From the human T2T-CHM13v2.0 reference genome, Homo sapiens: 64,000 nt of DNA. The DNA is taken from NCBI RefSeq assembly GCF_009914755.1, contig NC_060926.1. One strand, given 5' to 3'. Positions 30,529 through 45,800 of this stretch are shown here, piece by piece; position 1 is the stretch's first letter; each line of letters opens with the position of its first letter. Below the pieces are notes generated by a model. That model had not been told where the DNA came from. It ran no database searches and worked only from the letters and a program-made list of their open reading frames with translations. The translations under genes and the position numbers were made by a program.

Positions 30529-31862
30529 CCTCCCATCCTTAAAGACAGATCCTGGCTGGGGGGAAAGTATGTTAAAAGCACAAAAACAGTGATTGTTTCA
30601 TAATGCGACACTTTCCTTCAGCAAGATTTCTAAACGTAGCCAATAGACTAGCAGAAAGGACAAGTTAGAGAAAACACTGTAGAGGCCACAGCCAAAGGTG
30701 TGTTTCCAAACAGCCCTTAGCAAAATATTAAGCCTAGAAGCCCCCATGTGTCATAGCCATTGCCCCAAATGTGCCTTCCATTCTGTGCACCTTTTATAGA
30801 TGATTTTACTCCATCTGGGCTCCCAGAAAAAAAGATGATTCTGCCAAGGTCATGTGTGACATGAGAATTCTATTCAGAAGGGGCCTTCAGAGATAGAGGA
30901 GCTAGCGTCTAGCATGGAGAAATGGCTGACAGGTCTATTTCACCCTTAGCTGAGCTCCCTAAGTTACTTCTTAACCAGGAAAACCTTCTCACAGTCATAG
31001 TCCCAGTTAGGTTCCCTTTCTTAGAAACACTGTCCTAGAGCCCTTCTCATTTGTTTGATGCCTACCTGCGAGCTACAGTGGAATGCCCTGGAACTTAAAA
31101 GTGAGTTAACATCTAGACATTGACTGGCAAAACTCTTATGAAATGGATGGTCTCCTTACCTAAAGGGACATGATGATTGCTTGATCAAAGCAGGAAGAAT
31201 GACCTATGAATCAAATCAAAGTATAAATAAATTTGAAAAAAAAAACCTGTTGTATAACCAATTGTATTAAAATGTGCAAGCAAGAGGACTCAAATAGCAG
31301 GCTTGAGTAGTATTAATTCCACCCAGTCCAAAGGACTTACAGTGAAGACACTGAACAGGATGGGTGGATGGGTCTGGTCACATTAAGGTAATCTTCCTTC
31401 CAAGTCTATCTGGTATCCTTTGCTCTGATTCAAAAATCACCAGGCAAAATGCTGGTGATGGTTTCGCTCTCTCTTCTTTAGGGAGAGAATCCTCTGAATA
31501 AAGATACAACTATCTGGGTCCCTAAACATGCATAGTCCCCCCTGAAAACCAATAAATTGGCCTTCCGTATTTCACAGCAATCTCTTGAGAATGTCACTTG
31601 GGTGGATTGGGCCTAGACAGTACGGTGCTCTCGGGAAACATGGGAAAAACCAAGTTTCTTGTCCTGTAGGACTATAATTTGAGGAACCTACTGAAAAACC
31701 ACCTAAAGACTCAACCAGCCTAGTTCTGTGCCTTTTTCTAGAAGCATCCTCTGACATCAGCACTCATTACTCACTTGCCATGTGTATATGCTGCCTTGTG
31801 TTACTATGCTGCCCTGCATTACTATTTCACCCTTAATTTTCCAACTAAAGCACAATCTAGTT

Positions 31863-34522
31863 CTTTTGTTTTTATTTCAATAGCTTTTGGAGTACAGGTG
31901 GTTTGGGGTTACATGAATAAATTAATTGCATAGTGGTGATGTCTGAGATTTTAGTGCAACCATCACCCAAGTAGTGTACATTGTATCCAATATGTAGGTT
32001 TTTATCCTTCACCCTGCTTCCACCCTCCCCATTCTGAGTCTCAAAAGTCCATTATGTCATTCTGTATGCCTTTGTGTAACCATAGTTTAGGTCTCATAAG
32101 TTAGAGCATATGGTATTTCATTTTCCATTCCTGAGTTACTTCACTTAGAATAATGGCCTCCAGCTCTACCCAAGTTGCTGCAAAATACATTATTTCATTT
32201 GTTATGGCTGAGTAGTTTTCCATGATATATACATACCACATTTTCTTTATCCACTCATTGGTCAATGGGCACATAGGTTCATTCCATATATTTGCAATTG
32301 TGAATTGTGCTCCAATAAATGTATGCACGCCGGCTCTTTTTTCTATAATGACTATTTTCCTGTGGGTAGATACCCAGTAATGGGTTTGCTGGATCAAATG
32401 TAGATCTACTTTTAATTCTCTAAGAAGTCTCTATACTGTTTTCCATAGAGATTGTACCAATTTACATTCCCACCAGCAGTATCTAATTGTTCCCTTTTTA
32501 CCACAACCATACCAACATCTACTGTTTTTTGACTTTTTAATGATGGCCATTCTTGCAGGGGTAAGATAGTGTCTCATTGTGGTTTTAATTTGCATTTATC
32601 TGATGATTAGTGATGTTGAGCATTTTTTCATATGTTTTTTGGCCATTTGTATATATTCTTTGAAGAAATGTCTATTCATGTCATTTGTCCACTTTTTGAT
32701 GGGATTATTTGTGGGTTTTTTTTCTTGCTGATTTGTGTGAGTTCCTTGTAGATTCTGGATATTAGTCCTTTGTCAGATGCACAGTTTGCAAATATTTTCT
32801 CCTACTCTGTGAGTTGTCTGTTTATTCTGATGATTATTTCTTTTGATGTACAGAAGCTTTTAGTTTAATTAGGTTCCATTTATTTATTTTTGCTTTAGTT
32901 GCATTTGTTCTGGGGGTCTTAGTCATAAATTCTTTGCCTAGGCCAATGTTCAGTAGAGGTTTTCCTAGGTTACCTTCTAGGATTTTTACGGTTTCAGGTC
33001 TTGGACTTAAGATCTGAAGGTCTCTGATCCATCTTGAGTTTATTTTTTAATAAGGTGAGAAATAGTGATCCAGTTTCATTATTCTACATGTGGCTATCCA
33101 GTTTTCCCAGCACCATTTATTAAATAGAGTGTCCTTTCCTCAATTTATATTTCTGTATGCTTGGTCAAAGATCAGTTGGTTGTAAGTATTTGGCTTTATT
33201 TCTGGGTTCTCTGTTATTTTTCATTGGTCTACGTGTCTACTTTTATACCATGTTGTTTTGGTAACTATACCTTAGTAGTATAATTTGAAGTTTGGTAATG
33301 TGATGCCTCCAGATCTGTTCTTTTTGCTTAGGATTTCTTTGGCTATTTGGGCTCTTTCTGGGTTTCATATGAATTTCAGAATTGTTTTTTCTAATTTTAT
33401 GAAAAATTATGTTGGTATTTTGATAGGAATTGCATTGAATCTGTAGATTGCTTTAGGTAATATGGTCATTTTCATAATATTGATTCTTCAAATCCATAAT
33501 GTCAATGTGTTTCCATTGGATTTTGCCATCCATTATTTTTTTAGCAGTGTTCTATAGTTCTCCTCATAGAGATCTTTCACCTCCTTGACTAAGTGTATTC
33601 CTAGGTCTTTTTTTTCAGCTGTTGTAAAAAAAATTGAGTTCTTGATTTGATCCTCAGCTTGGTTGTTGTTGGTATATAGCGGTGATACTACTTTGTGTAC
33701 ATTGATTTTGTAACCTGAGACTTTACTAAATTCATTTATCAAATATAGGAGTCTTTTGAATAAGTCTTTGGGGTTTTCTAGGTATATAATCATATCATCA
33801 GCAAAGAGCAATAATTTGACTTCCTCTTTTCCATTTTGGATGCCCTTTATTTCCTTCTCTTGCTTGATTGTTCTTGCTAGTATTTCCAATACTATGTTGA
33901 ACAGAAATGATGAAAGTGGGCATTCTTGTCTTATTCCAATTCTAAGTGTGGGGGAATGCTTTCAACTTTTCTCCATTCAGTATGATGTTGGATGTGGGTT
34001 TGTTGTATATGGCTTTTACTATTTTGAGGTAAGTCCCTTCTATGCCTAGTTTGTTGAGGGTTTTCACCATGAAAGAATGTGGATTTTATCAAATGCTTTT
34101 TCTGCATCTATTGAGATGATCATATGGTTTTGTTTTTGTTTTTTTTAATTCTATGTGATGTATCATATTTATTGACTCATGTATGTTAAAACATCCTTGC
34201 ATCCCTGGGATGAAACCCACTTGATCATGGTGTATTATCTTTTTTATGTGCTATTGGATTTGGTTAGTATTTTGTTGAGGATTTTTGCATCTATGTTTAT
34301 TAGGGATATTTGTCTATAGTTTTCTTTTTTTTGTTATGTACTTTCCTTGTTTTTGGCATTAGGGTGATACTGGCTTCATAGAATGGTTTAGAGATGATTC
34401 ATTCTTTCTCAATTTTTTGGAATAGTTTCAGTAGGATTCATACCAATTCTTCTCTGGATGTCCGGCAGAATTCAGTTGTGAATCCATTTTGTCCTGGGCT
34501 TTTGTTGTTGTTGTTGTTGTTG

Positions 34523-34553
<31 letters not shown>

Positions 34554-37500
34554 TGTTGTTGGCAATTTTTCTTTTATTACTAGTTCAATCTCACTGCTTG
34601 TTATTGGTGTGTTCATGCTTTCTATTTCTTCCTAATTTAATGTAGGAGGGTTGCATGTTTCCAAGAATTTATTTCCTCTAGTTTCCTAGTTTGTGTGCAT
34701 AGAAGTGTTCATAGTAGTCTTAAATGATTTTTTGTATATGTGTGGTTTTCGTTGTAATGTCTCCAGTTTCACTTCTAATTGAGCTTATTTGAATCTTCTC
34801 CCTTCTTGGTTAACATAGCTAATGATCTATCAATTTTGTTTATCTTTTCAAAGAACCAACTTTTTGTTTCATTGATCTTTTGTATTTTTTGTTTCAAATT
34901 AATTTAGTTTTGTTCTGATCTTTGTTATTTCTTTTCTTCTGCCAGCTTTGGCTTTAGTTTGTTCTAGTTTCTCTAGTTCCTTGAGAAGTGACATTATATT
35001 GTCAGTTTGTGATCTTTCAGGCTTTCCAATGTAGGCATTTAGCCCTATAAACTTTCCTTTTTGCACTGTTTTTGCTGTATCCCAGAGGTTTTGATAACTT
35101 AGGTTGCTATTATCATTCGTTTCAAGGAATATTTTAAATTTCCATCTTTGTTTCATTGTTAACCCCAAAATTATTCAGGAGCAGGTTGTTTAATTTTTAT
35201 GTATTTATATAGTTTTGAGTATTTCTTTTGGAGTTGATTTCTAGTTTTATTCCACTGTGGTCTGAGAAAATACTTAATATGATTCTGATTTTCTTAATTT
35301 ATTGAGACTTGTTTTGTGGCCTATCACATGACCAATCTTGGAGAACATTCCATGTGGTGAAGAGAAGAATGTATATTCTTCAGTTGTTGGGTAAAATGTT
35401 CTGTAAATATCTGTTAGGTCCATTCGTTCTAGAGTGTAGTTTAATTCCACTGTTTCTTTGTTGCCTTTCTGTCTTGATGATCTGTTTAATGCTGTCAGTG
35501 GAGTGTTGAAGTCCCCCACTATTATTATGTTGCTGTTATCTCATTTCTTAGGTCTAGCGTAATTGTTTTACTAATCTGGGAGCTCCAATGTTAGGTGCAT
35601 ATAAATTTAGGATAGTAATATCTTCTTGTGGGATTGATCCTTTTAGCATTATTTAATGACCTTCTTTGTCTTTTTTTACCTTTGTTCCTTTAAAGTCTGT
35701 TTTATCTGATATAATAATAGCTACTCATGCTCACTTTTGGTTTCCATTTGCATGGAATATCTTTTCCCACCCATTTACCTTGAGTTTATATGAATTCTTA
35801 TATGTTAGGTGAGTCTCTTGAAGGCAGCAGATATTAGGTTTGCAATTTTTTTTTTATCCATGCAACCAATCAGTATCTTTTAAGTGGAGTATTCAGGCCA
35901 TTTACAATCAATATTAATATTGAGATGTGAGGTACTGTTCCAGTCATCATGTTAGTTGTTACCCACTTTGTTTTACTCATTGTGTTACTGTTTTATAGCT
36001 CCTGTGAGTTTTATGCTTTCAAGAGATTTTATTCTGGTGCATACTGAGCTTTTGTTTCAAGATTTGAAACTTCTTTTAGCATTTCTTGTAGGGCTTCTCT
36101 GATAGTGACAAATTTACTCAGCATTTGTTTGTCTGAAAATGACTTTATTTCTCCTTCATTTATGAAAATTAGTTTTGCTGAATACAAAATTCTTGGCTGA
36201 CAGTTGCTCTGTTTAAGAAAGCTAAAGATAAATTAAAATCCCTTCTGGCTTGTAAGTTTTTACTGAGAAGTAGAAACTTAGCTTTTGCTTTATTGGTTGT
36301 CTGATGCTTTGGTCTCACTACTCTTAGAATTCTTTCCTTCGTGTTGACTTTAGATAGCTTGGTGACTATATGGTGATGTCCTTTTTACAATGAATCTCCC
36401 AGGAGTTCTTTGAGCTGCTTGCATTTTCATATCTAAATCTCTAGCAAGGCCAGTGAGATTTTCCTCATTTATTCCCTCAAATAAGTTTTCCAAACCATTT
36501 GCTTTTTCTTCTCCCTCAGAAACACCAATTTTTCTTAGGTTTGGTCATTTTACATAATCCCATATTTTTTGGAGAATTTGTTTATTTCTTTTGATTCATT
36601 TTTTCTTTATTTTTGTCTGATTGGGTTAATTCTAAAGCCTTGCTTCAAGTTCTGAAATTCTTTCTTCTTCTTGTTCTAGTCTGTTGTTAAAACTTTCCAC
36701 TACATTTTGTAATTCCCTAAATGTGGTTTTCATTTCAAGAAGTTCTGACTGGCTTTTCTTTAAAATATCTCTTTAGAAAAATTTTATTCATGTCCTGAAT
36801 TGTTTTTTTAATTTTTTATGTTGGTTTTCAGCTTTCTCTGGTATCTCTTTGAGTGGCTTAATAATCAACCTTTTGAATACTTTGTCTAGTATTTCAAAGT
36901 TGTCACCTTGGTTTGGATCCATTGCTGGAGAGCTAGTATGATCTTTTAGGGGTGTTATAGAACCCTGCTTTGTCATATTATCAGAATTACTTTTCTGGCT
37001 CCTTCTCATTTGGGTTTACTATTTCTTCTAATTATTCTTGAATTTACTTTTGGTTTGACTGTGTTTTTTAAAATTAAATTTTCCCTCTTAAGGATGTGAC
37101 TTTAATGCATGTAGTTTATTGTAGCCTAATTCAGCTCTTGGTGCTTTCAAGGGTGAAGACGCTGTATGAGTTCCTCGGCTATAAGGAATCTTCATATGAT
37201 GGTTTTGTCAGATGCTTGTTATAGTAGCAATATCCTTGGTATGTGAGAAACTTCACAATCCCCTATGGGATTGAAATGGCAGCGGTCTCTTGAAGCTTAT
37301 CTCATTCTTCCATGGTGTGCACTTATTTATTTATTTTTCCCCAGTATTTTATTTACTGGGTTGAACAGTTCATACTTCAGGCCAGTAGGGGAGGTGTTCC
37401 TTGGTAGAAACCAGTTGTGGCTAAAGCAGGTGAATAAACGCAATACACAATGGTGGGCAGAGATCCCAGCCTCAACAGAGGGGCCAGGGAAGCTCTCAGT

Positions 37501-39570
37501 TAAATTCACTGAGATCTTATTGATGGGGAGGATGGAAGCCACCTCAGCTTCCCTGCCAGGCCAGCAGGAAAGCAATCTACCTCCCAGGCACACTCTTGAC
37601 CCAGAGTTCTGGCTATTCAGACCAGACAGGCACCTATTTTCATCTGCAGAAATGTTGATGTTCCAAGTAGAGAGGAATTGTGACCCTATCTCCCATGCAA
37701 GCCTGAACCTGAAGAGTGCTCCTCCTGTGTGAATGCAGTCACCTTAAAGTGTTCCAGAAAGGCTGTCTATATGTGCACCCATCCTGAGTGCCCATGGGAG
37801 AACCCTCAGCTATGTCTGCAGTGGTGGATGGGGGAAAAATAAGTCCCCTTCTCCAAGATTCTTCAGGAGTACCAGGACTGCCTGACTGTTGGAGTAGAGC
37901 TGCAGACTTTCCCCACTGAGCCCAGCACTACAACTGTGCCTCTGCTGAAAGGAACTTCCCACCAATGGAAAGATTTAGGACTCAAGGCCTTCCATCCAGA
38001 TTCTTTTGTCCCACAGGGTGTTCCCTTGATGTGGCGCACTCCCCCTTCCCTTAGGAGTAGGAGTCCCTGAGAACCAGATTACTGTGAATGCTGCTGCTCC
38101 TCTGGGTCTAGCTGTTTGGTGGGGCTGCCACACTCCAGGCTGGTGCTGGGGAATGTCTGCAAGGGATTCAGTAATGTGATCTGTCCTCAAGTCTCCCAGC
38201 AGTAGGTACCAGCACCAGCTCTCATGGGGGTGGCAGGGCAGTGATGTAGACTCTGTGAGGTTCCTTGGTTATAAATAGCCTTATATTGTTGGTTTTCTTA
38301 AATGCTGGTTGCAGTAGCAATGTACTGGTCACATGGACAGACTTGGGACCTCCTGGTTAGCCAGAGTGGTAAAGACAGTGGTGATAGCTGAGGTTAATTG
38401 TTAGCTGACCTCTGGCCAGGAGGTGGCCCTTGTAAAATAGCACCAGCTGTGGTAGTAGCAGTGGGATTTATGCTTGCCTTATGTTACCCAGGAGTGGCAC
38501 TCTGGTTTTTCAGGCGATAGGTGGGGCTATAAAGCCACCAAACAGTTCTGTCCTTTGTGTTAAGCTATCAGGGCGAGTGCAGAGGCAAAGCCAGATGGGG
38601 GCTGGGTCAGGCAGGTCTGCGCTCTGGCTGTCCACATTCAGGGCAAGCAGTGGTCCCTGTAGGGGCCAGGGGGTGGTTCTCTGGCCACTGGGGTAATGTT
38701 CCAGGGAGAAGCTTGGCTGCCTCAGCTGCACAGAAGAGTTCTCTCAGGAAACGGGGGTAGCAGGTGCCAGTAAGCCCCACCCTGCTCCCATGCACTTGGC
38801 AAGGCAGTTCTCATACCTGCAGTGTTCTGCTAGCAGCAACTAGGTAAGTTTCAGGCAGTCTACACTCAAAACTCAAAACTGCCCCAGGCCATATGCCTTC
38901 ACAGGGGAGACAACAACCTTGGTTTTCAGGCCATTCCCCTCCCAGTTTGCTCAAAAAGCCAGGGTATCCAGCTCCTCCAGACATGGCTGCAGCACACTTC
39001 CCACTCTCCCCCACATTCTGGCCTCTCTCCCCCACAATTCTGGCAAGAGGAGTTCATCATCACTCGAGATTATATTGCAAATTTCAGTTGGGAGTTTCTC
39101 TCAAACTACAACCACTGCCTGCGTTAGCTAGCAGACTTCCATAAAATCTCTTGTGAGGTAGAATCAGAAATGGCTTCCCTTAGTCTGCACTGGAGACTGG
39201 GAATGCACACAATGCTCTTCCTGCTGCTGCTCCTTATATATTTTTCACCACTCCCTAAATCAGTTCCAGCCCTCAGTAGGGTTAAGGCCCTCCCTCAGGA
39301 CTTGGATTGTCAGATTCCCTGGTAGGGATCTGTATCTTGGAGGCAGTCTTTCACCCTCTAACACTCTGGGGACTTACAGATTTTTGCCTGGCTCACAGAG
39401 TAGGCTGTAGTCTGCTACTTCTTTCAAAGGGTCTGTGGTTTCCTTCAGTTTTTTTGTTAAATTCCTGCATTGCTTCTTGGAAAAAAAGTTCATAGTGTGA
39501 ATCTCTACACACTATTTTGTCTTTCCAAGTCAGAGAGGCATGCTAACACTGCCTCCAATCCACCATCTTC
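31863..39570 (-). mobile_element. Full-length (~7.7 kb) decayed L1PB-type LINE with long 5'UTR
   Basis: L1PB-like 3' end at ~31870. ORF2 pieces '[16 protein letters not shown]' and 'GDFNTPLTALNRSSRQK'; ORF1 start 'MRRSQKSNSDNMTKQGS'; 5' end 'caatccaccatcttc'. TSD caatctagtt at 31853 and 39571. Confidence 0.93.
34502..34561. repeat. (TTG)10(CTG)8(TTG)2 compound trinucleotide repeat inside L1 ORF2
   Basis: Counted directly from the sequence. Confidence 0.95.
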
Positions 39571-39719
39571 CAATCTAGTTTTTTTAAATCTTTATCAAAG
39601 TAGGTCACAAGATGCATGGGGGCAGAAATATCTAGAAAACTTCTTGTAGCATCAAGAAAGGATCTGGGTGGAGGCAAAGAATTTGGGGACAATCTGGTAG
39701 AAAATAGCTTGAAATTGAT

Positions 39720-39835
39720 AGGTTGAAAAAGCTTGAGCTCAGGTGAATTCTAGGCCCAGCTCTACCACTCTTAGGCAAACTCCTTACTTTCTCTGTGCCT
39801 ATCTTCATCTGTAAAATAAGAGGGTGGGCTAGAAT
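39720..39835 (+). mobile_element. MIR fragment
   Basis: 'cccagctctaccact..ctctgtgcct..cttcatctgtaaaat' MIR core. Confidence 0.65.
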
Positions 39836-39892
39836 TCCTGTATTCTCAGTTATACCCTGTAGTGAATCTGTGTATAGTACAATGAGGTTCAA

Positions 39893-42800
39893 AACTTAAT
39901 ATCATATACTACAAAGCTATAGCAACAAAAACAGCATGTTACTGGCATGAAAGCAGACACATAGACCAATGAAACAGTAAGAGAAGCCAGAAATATATCC
40001 ACACGTTTACAGTCAACTGATTTTTAACAAAAGTGCCAAAGATATACAATGGGAAAATGACAGTCTCTTCAATAAATGGTGTTGGGAAATCTGGATATCC
40101 ACATGCAGAAGAATGAAATTAGACCCTTATCTTTTACCATATGCAAAAATTAACCCAAAATGGATTAAAGACTTAAATTTAAAATCCAAAACTATAAAAC
40201 TGCTAGAAGGAAACATAGGAGAAAACCTTCATGGCATCTGTCGGAGCAATGATTTTTTTGGATATGACCTCAAAACCATAGGCACAAAAGCAAAAATAGA
40301 CAAATGGGATTACATCAAACTAAAAAGTTTATGCATGGTGAAGGAAGTAATCTACAGAGTAAAGAGACAACCTATAGAATGGGAGAAAATATTTGAAAAC
40401 TATACATATAACAAGGGCTTAATATCTAAAATATATAAGGAACTCAAACAACTCAATAGCAAGAAAACAAATAACCCAATCTTAAAAATGGTTAAAGGAC
40501 CTTAATATACTCAAAAGAAGACATTAATCAAAAGAAGACATACAAACGGCCAATAGGTATATGAAAAAAATGCTCAATATAACTAATTATCAAAGAACTG
40601 CAAAGCAAAACAACGAGATATCACCTCACACCTGTTAGAATGACTTATCAAAAAGACAAAATGTAAGTGTTGGTGAACACATGGAGAAAAGGGAACCCTA
40701 ACACACTGTTGGTGGGGGATGTAAATTACTACAACCATTACAGAAAACAGTATGGAGTTTTATCAAAAAACTAAAAATAGAACTACTATCTCATTTAGCT
40801 ATCCCACTACAGGGAATAGATCCAAAAGAAATAAAATTCATATGTCAAAATGATATCTTTTTTATATATATACTTTAAGTTCTTAGGTACATTTGCACAA
40901 TGTGCAGGTTTGCTATGTAGGTATACATGTGCCATGTTGGTTTGCCACACCCATCAACTCATCATTTACATTAGGTATTTCTCCTAATGTTATCCCTCCC
41001 CCATCCCCCATCCCCCAACAGGCCCCAGTGTGTGATGTTCCCCACCCTGTGTCCATCTGTTCTCGTTGTTCAACTCCCAACTATCAGTGAGAACATGTGG
41101 TGTTTGGTTTTCTGTCCTTCGGATAGTTTGCTTAGAATGATGATTTTCAGCTTCATCCATGTCCCTGCAAAGGACATGAACTCATCTTTTCTACGGCTGC
41201 ATAGTATTCCATGGTATATACGTGCCACATTTTCTTTATCCAGTCTATCATTGATGGACATTTGGGTTGGTTCCAAGTCTTTGCTATTGTGAATACTGTC
41301 GCAATAAACATACGTGTGCATGAGTGTTTATAGTAGCAAGATTTATAATCCTTTGGGTATATACCCAGTAACGGAATTACTGGGTCAAATGCTATTTCTA
41401 GTTCTAGATCCTTGATGAATCACCACACTGTCTTCCACAATGGTTGAACTAATTTACACTCCCATCAAAAGTGTAAAAGCATTCCTATTTCTCCACATCT
41501 TCTCCAGCATCTGTTGTTTCCTGACTTTTTAATGATCGCCATTCTAACTGGTGTGAGATAGTATCATATTGTGGTTTTGATTTGCATTTCTCTGATGACC
41601 AATGATGATAAGCATTTTTTCATATGTCTGTTGGCTGCATAAATGTCTTCTTTTGAGAAGGGTCTGTTCATATCCTTTGCCCACTTTTTGATGGAGTTAT
41701 TTTTTTCTTGTAAATCTGTTTAAGTTCTTTGTAGATTCTGGATATTATCCCTTTGTCAGATGGGTAGATTGCAAAAATTTTCTCCCATTCTGTTGGTTGC
41801 CTGTTCACTCTGATAATAGTTTCTTTTCCTGTGCAGAAGCTCTTTGGTTTAATTAGATCCCATTTGTCAATTTTGGCTTTTGTTGCCATTGCTTTTGGTG
41901 TTTCAGTCATGAAGTCTTTGCCCATGCCTATGTCATGAATTGTATTGCCTAGGTTTTCTTCTAAGGTTTTTATGGTCTTAGATCTGACATTTAACTCTTT
42001 AATCCACCTTGAGTTAATTTTTGTATACAGTGTGAGGAAGGGATCCAGTTTCAGCTTTCTACATATGGCTAGCCAGTTTTCCCGGCACCATTTATTAAAT
42101 AAGGAATCCTTTCCCCATTTCTTGTTTTTATCAGGTTTGTCAAAGATCAGATGGTTGTAGATGTGTGGTGTTATTTCGGAGGCCTCTGTTCTGTTCCATT
42201 GGTCTATATATCTGTTTTGGTACCAGTACCATGATGTTTTGGTTACTGTAGCCTTGTAGTATAGTTTGAGGTCAGGTAGTGTGATGCCTCCAACTTTATT
42301 CTTTTTGCTTAGGATTGTCTTTGCTAAGCGGGCTCTTTTCTTGTTCCATATGAACTTTAAAGTAGTTTTTTCCAATTCTGTGAAGAAAGTCAGTGGTAGC
42401 TTCATGGGGATAGCATTGAATCTATAAATTACCTTGGGCAGTATGACCATTTTCATGATATTGATTCTTCCCATCCATGAGCATGGAATGTTCTTCCATC
42501 TGTTTGTGTCCTCTTTTATTTTGTTGAGCAGTGGCTTATAGTTAGAGGTCCTTCACTTTCCTTGTAAGTTGGATTCCTAGGTATTTTACTCTGTTTGTAG
42601 TAATTGTGAATGCCAGTTCACTCATGATTTGGCTCTGTTTGTCTGTTATTGGTGTCTGGGAATGCTTGTGATGTTTTGCACATTGATTTTGTATCCTGAG
42701 ACTTTGCTGAAGTGGCTTATCAGCTTAAGGAGATTTTGGGTTGAGAAGATGGGGTTTTCTAAAGATACAATCATGTTCCTTCTCTTGTCTGATTGCCTTA

Positions 42801-45800
42801 GCCAGAACTTCTAATACTATGTTGAATAGGAGTGGTGGGAGAGGGTATCCTTGCCTTGCGCTGGTTTTCAAAGGGAATGTTTCCAGGTTTTGCCCATTCA
42901 GTATGATATTGGCTGTGGGTTTGTCATAAATAGCTCTTATTATTTTGAGATATGTTCCATCAATACCTAGTTTATTGAGAGTTTTTAGCATGAAGCGCTG
43001 TTGAATTTTGTCAAAGGCGTTTTCTGCATCTACTGAGATAATTATGTGGTTTTTGTTGTTGGTCTTGTTTATGTGATGGATTACGTTTATTGATTTGCAT
43101 ATGTTGAACCAGCCTTGCATCCCAGGGATGAAGCCCACTTGATCATGGTAGATAAGATTTTTGATGGGCTGCTGGATTTGGTTTGCCAGTATTTTATTGA
43201 GGATTTTCGCATCGAAGTTCATCAGGGATATTGGCCCAAAATTCTCTTTTTTGTTGTGCCTCTACCAGGCTTTGGTATCAGGATGATGCTAAATGAGTTA
43301 GGGAGGATTCCCTCTTTTTCTGTTGATTGGAATAGTTTCAGAAGGAATGGTACCAGCTCCTCCTTGTACCTCTGGTTGAATTCGGCTGTGAATCCATCTG
43401 GTCCTGGACTTTTTTTGGTCGGTAGGCCATTATTTATTGCCTCAATTTCAGTACCTGTTACTGGTCTATTCAGAGATTCAACTTCTTCCTGGTTTAGTCT
43501 TGGGAGGGAGTATGTGTCCAGGAATTTATCCATTTCTTTTAGATTTTCTAGTTTGTGTAGAGGTGTTTATAGTATCCTCTGATGGTAGTTTGTATTTCTG
43601 TGGGATCGGTGGTGATATCCCCTTTATCATTTTTTATTGTGTCTCTTTGATTCTTCTCTCTTTTCTTCTTTATTAGTCTTGCTGGTGGTCTGTTTTGTTG
43701 ATCTTTTCCAAAAACCAGCTCCTGGATTCATTGATTTTTTGAAGGGTTTTTTTGTCTCTATCTCCTTCACTTCTGCTCTGATCTTAGTTATTTCTTGCCT
43801 TCTGCTAGCTTTTGAATTTGTTTGCTCTTGCTTCTCTAGTTCTTTTAATTGTGATGTTAGGCTGTCAATTTTAGATCTTTCCTGCTTTCTCTTGTCATTT
43901 AGTGCTATAAATTTCCCTCTACACACTGCTTTAAATGTGTCCCAGAGATTCTGGTTCATTGTGCCTTTGTTCTCATTGGTTTCAAAGAATATCTTTATCT
44001 CTGCCTTCATTTCTTTATTCACCCAGTAGTCACTCAGGAGCAGGTTGTTCAGTTTCCATGTAGTTGTGCAGTTTTGAGTGAGTTTCTTAATCCTGAGTTC
44101 TAATTTGATTGCACTGTGCTCTGAGAGACAGTTTGTTGTGATTTCTGTTCTTTTACATTTGCTGAGGAGTGCTTTACTACCAATTATGTGGTCAATTTTA
44201 GAATAAATGTGATGTGGTGCTGAGAAGAATGTATATTCTGTTGATTTGGGGTTTAGAGTTCTGTAGATGTCTATTAGGTCTACCTGGTCTAGAGCTGAGT
44301 TCAAGTCCTGGATATCCTTGTTAACCTTCTGTCTCACTGATCTGTCTAATATTGACAGTGTGGTGTTAAAGTCTCCCATTATTATTGCATGGGAGACTAA
44401 GTCTCTTTGTAGGTCTCTAAGGACTTGCTTTATGAATCTGGGTGCTCCTGTATTAGGTGCATATATATTTGGGATATTTAGCTCTTCTTGATGAATTGAT
44501 CCCTTTACCATTATGTAGTGGTCTTCTTTGTCTCTCTTGATCTTTTTTGGTTTACAGTCTGTTTTATCAGAGACTAGGATTGCAACCTCTGTTTTTTTTT
44601 GTTTGTTTGTTTGTTTGTTTTTGCTTTCCATTTGCTTGGTAGATCTTCCTCCATCCCTTTATTTTGAGCCTATGTGCGTCTTTGCATGTGAGATAGGTCT
44701 CCTGAATACAGCACACCAATGGGTCTTGACTCTATCCAATTTGCCAGTCTGTGTCTTTTAATTGGGGCATTTAGCCCATTTACATTTAAGGTTAATATTG
44801 TTATGTTTGAATTTGATCCTGTCATTATGATGCCAGCTGGTTATTTTGTCCATTAATTGATGCAGTTTCTTCATAGCATCGATGGTCTTTACAATTTGGC
44901 ATGTTTTTGCAGTGGCTGGTACTGGTTGCTCTTTTCCATGTTAGTGCTTCATTCAGGAGCTTTTGTAAAGCATGCCTGGTGGTGACAGAATCTCTCAGCA
45001 TTTGCTTGTCTGTAGAGGATTTTATTTCTCCTTCACTTATGAAGCTTGGTTTAGCTGGATATGCGATTCTGGGTTGAAAATTTTTTTCTTTAAGAATGTT
45101 GAATATTGGCCCCCACTCTCTTCTGGCCTGTAGGGTTTCTGCTGAGAGATCTGCTGTTAGTCTGATGGGCTTCCCTTTGTGGGCAATCCGACCTTTCTCT
45201 CTGTCTGCCCTTAACATTTTTTCCTTCATTTCAACCTTGGTGATTCTGACAATTATGTGTCTTGGGGTTGCTCTTCTCAAAGAGTATCTTTGTGGTGTTC
45301 TATGTATTTCCTGAATTTGAATGTTGGCCTGCCTTGCTAGGTTAGGGAAGTTCTGGAAAATATCCTGAAGAGTGTTTTTTAACTTGGTTCCATTCTCCCC
45401 GTCACTTTCCAGTACACCAATCAAACGTATATTTGGTCTTTTCACATAGTCCCATATTTTTTGGAGGCTTTGTTCATTTATTTTCACTCTTTTTTCTCTA
45501 ATCTTGTCTTCTTGCTTTTTTTCATTAATGTAATCTTCAATCACTGATATCCTTTCTTCCACCAAATCAGCTATTGAAGCTTGTGCATGCATCCCAAAGT
45601 TCTCATGCTGTGGTTTTCAGCTCCATCAGGTTATTTAAGGTCTTCTCTACACTGTTTATTCTAGTTAGCCATTTATCTAACCATTTTTCGATGTTTTTAG
45701 CTTCCTTGCGATGGGTTAGAATAGGCTCCTTTAGCTCGGAGAACTTTGTTATTACTGACTTTCTGAAGTCTACTTCTGTCAACTCGTCAAAGTCATTCTC

